NCBI GenBank assembly: GCA_043753995.1
Contig: JAYUVP010000261.1
Coordinates: 1 to 19,938 of the forward strand
Reading direction: 5' to 3'
Length of the DNA stretch: 19,938 nucleotides
From: Fibrobacterota bacterium
GTDB lineage: Bacteria; Fibrobacterota; Fibrobacteria; UBA11236
The translations under genes were made by a program, and so were the position numbers. Numbering within the stretch: the stretch's first letter is position 1; every line of letters starts with the position of its first letter. The notes under the pieces were generated by a model. It made no database searches, was not told the origin of the DNA, and was given only the letters and a program-made list of their open reading frames with translations. Below are positions 18,133-19,938 of this stretch, piece after piece.

Positions 18133-18753
18133 ATGATAGCCATAGTTGATTATCGCGCCGGAAACCTGACTTCGGTTCAGCATGCTCTGACCGAAATCGG
18201 TCATGCTTCGCTTATCACCAGCGAACCGGCCTTGATTGCCTCCGCCGATCGCTTGATTTTCCCTGGTGTGGGGGCCGCAGGGGCCTCTATGCAAGCCTTG
18301 CGTGAGCTTGGACTCATAGAGGCTTTACGGGCTTATGTGAAAAGTGGAAAGCCCTTTCTGGGCATTTGCGTGGGCTGCCAAATCTTGCTCGATTCGAGCC
18401 TGGAAGATCAAAACACGCAATGCCTTGGCATTTTGCCAGGCACCACCGGCCAATTTACTCCAGGGCCAGGTCTCAAGGTCCCGCATATGGGCTGGAATCC
18501 CGTGCAATTCAAGCGCCCCCACCCAGTGCTCCAGGGCATTGCCGACGGCAGCCCCTTTTATTTCGTGCACAGCTATTATCCGCTGCCGTCAATGCAAGCC
18601 GACGTGGTAGCCGAAACCACCTATGGTAATACTCGCTTCGCTTCGATTTTGGGGCGCGACAATGTGGTGGCTTGCCAATTCCACGCTGAAAAAAGCGGTC
18701 AAGCGGGATTGCGCCTTTTGAAGAATTTCTGTGAGTGGGATGGACGCGCCTAA
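18133..18753 (+). CDS. hisH: Imidazole glycerol phosphate synthase, glutaminase subunit
   Basis: [21 protein letters not shown], nucleophile [27 protein letters not shown]. Confidence 0.97.
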   Translation: MIAIVDYRAGNLTSVQHALTEIGHASLITSEPALIASADRLIFPGVGAAGASMQALRELGLIEALRAYVKSGKPFLGICVGCQILLDSSLEDQNTQCLGILPGTTGQFTPGPGLKVPHMGWNPVQFKRPHPVLQGIADGSPFYFVHSYYPLPSMQADVVAETTYGNTRFASILGRDNVVACQFHAEKSGQAGLRLLKNFCEWDGRA

Positions 18754-19529
18754 TGCTCACCAAACGCATCATCGTCTGCCTTGACGTACGTAACCGCAAG
18801 GTCACCAAGGGCGTGAAGTTTGAGGGCAATGTCGATCTCGGCGATCCCGTCGACATGGGCCGACAATACTATCTCGAAGGCGCCGACGAACTCGTGTTTT
18901 ATGACATCATGGCTTCAGCCGAAGGTCGGCCCATCGATATCGGCATGGTGCGCGAAGTCGCGAGAAAAGTCTTTATTCCTTTTTCGGTAGGCGGTGGAAT
19001 CCGCGACCTCAGCGATATGCGCGAGGTGCTTTTGGCGGGTGCCGAAAAAGTCAGCGTCAATTCCTTGGCCGTCCGAAATCCCGACATCATTGCCCAGGGT
19101 GCCAAGGCCTTTGGTCGGCAATGCATTGTCCTGGGCATGGACGCCAAGCGCTCGCAACACCCGGCCTGCCCTTCGGGCTATGAAGTGGTGGTGCAAGGCG
19201 GCCGCAAAGCCATGGGGCTAGATGCCCTGGAATGGGCGCGTCAAGCCGAGGTCTTGGGAGCGGGGGAAATTTGCCTGAATTCCATTGATGCCGACGGCAC
19301 GCGCAATGGTTATGAATTGAATTTGACCCGCCTGGTTTCCGATGCGGTGGGCATACCCGTGATTGCCTCGGGCGGAGCCGGTGAAGTCAGGCATTTGGCC
19401 GAGGTGCTGAGCGAAGGCCATGCTGACGCGGCCCTAATCGCCTCCATGGTGCATTACGGGACGCATACTCTTTCTGAAATCAAAAGCGGTTTGGCGGCGG
19501 CGGGATTGCCCGTGCGGACCTTGGTCTAG
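18753..19529 (+). CDS. hisF: Imidazole glycerol phosphate synthase, cyclase subunit
   Basis: [66 protein letters not shown] overlap with the hisH stop. Confidence 0.98.
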   Translation: MLTKRIIVCLDVRNRKVTKGVKFEGNVDLGDPVDMGRQYYLEGADELVFYDIMASAEGRPIDIGMVREVARKVFIPFSVGGGIRDLSDMREVLLAGAEKVSVNSLAVRNPDIIAQGAKAFGRQCIVLGMDAKRSQHPACPSGYEVVVQGGRKAMGLDALEWARQAEVLGAGEICLNSIDADGTRNGYELNLTRLVSDAVGIPVIASGGAGEVRHLAEVLSEGHADAALIASMVHYGTHTLSEIKSGLAAAGLPVRTLV

Positions 19530-19585
19530 TACTATTGAACGCCCCTCGTCGCGCTCTTGCTGCGACGACTCGGGCCGGAGGTCAC

Positions 19586-19938
19586 ATGGAAGCTACGTCA
19601 CAACTGAGAGACCGCGTCTCCAAACTTCGGGGGTATCTTTGACGTCCCCCGGAAGGAAGAAGAACTAGCGCTGATGGAGCGCGCCGCCCAGGACCCCGCT
19701 TTCTGGGCCGATCAGGCCAAGGCGCAAAAAGTGCAGCGGCAAATGAAAACCCTGCAAGACTGGATTGGCGCCTGGAAAGCCCTCGATAAAGAGAGCGAAG
19801 ACCTTGACCTCCTAGCCCAGATGGCCGAAGAGGAAAAAGACCAGGACACCCTGTCCGAACTCGCCAACCAGGCAGTTCAAGTTCAGGAAAAAGTTCGCGA
19901 ACTTGAACTGAAGAAAATGCTTTCGGGCGAAGACGATT
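19586..19938 (+). CDS. prfB: Peptide chain release factor 2, 5' part, with programmed +1 frameshift; runs off the window
   Basis: Frame 0 from ATG 19586: MEATSQLRDRVSKLRGYL-stop (CTT TGA C at 19637-19643). The +1 frame continues DVPRKEEELALMERAAQDPAFWADQAKAQKV...LELKKMLSGEDD. SD GGAGG at 19577-19581. Confidence 0.96.
19628..19643 (+). promoter_or_regulatory. RF2 autoregulatory +1 frameshift cassette
   Basis: CGGGGG TAT CTT TGA C: internal SD-like run, 3-nt spacer, slippery CTT, then UGA-C. Confidence 0.95.

Noticed and set aside
19640..19642. In-frame stop suggesting a prfB pseudogene or sequencing error
   Set aside because: It is the conserved programmed frameshift site.

Overview
Bacterial chromosomal window, roughly 55-60% GC by eye, that is gene-dense and mostly housekeeping. 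I saw no mobile element, CRISPR array or RNA gene. In order: groES-groEL (minus strand; groEL is absent from the ORF track because its stop lies outside the window) with a sigma70-type promoter and a CIRCE/HrcA operator; a divergent envelope operon (MsbA-like ABC transporter, ICMT/LmtA-like methyltransferase, divergent WaaA, ispH, a GT-B protein resembling the arabinokinase N-terminal domain); rpmB; a minus-strand run (mutM, a small Cys/His protein, a DUF374/LpxJ-like acyltransferase, a DEDDh exonuclease, a TPR protein); a MetX-MetW fusion coupled to a cysteine desulfurase; two small membrane proteins; bioB; hisH-hisF; and the 5' part of prfB with its programmed +1 frameshift (also absent from the ORF track). 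The most interesting signal is the pair of small membrane proteins at 16064-16889. They are diverged tandem paralogs of unknown function, and each has its own copy of an ECF-sigma-like promoter (GTTAC-N17-CGTCTAAC) at nearly the same distance from the start codon. Next is a candidate lipid A methylation/modification locus.
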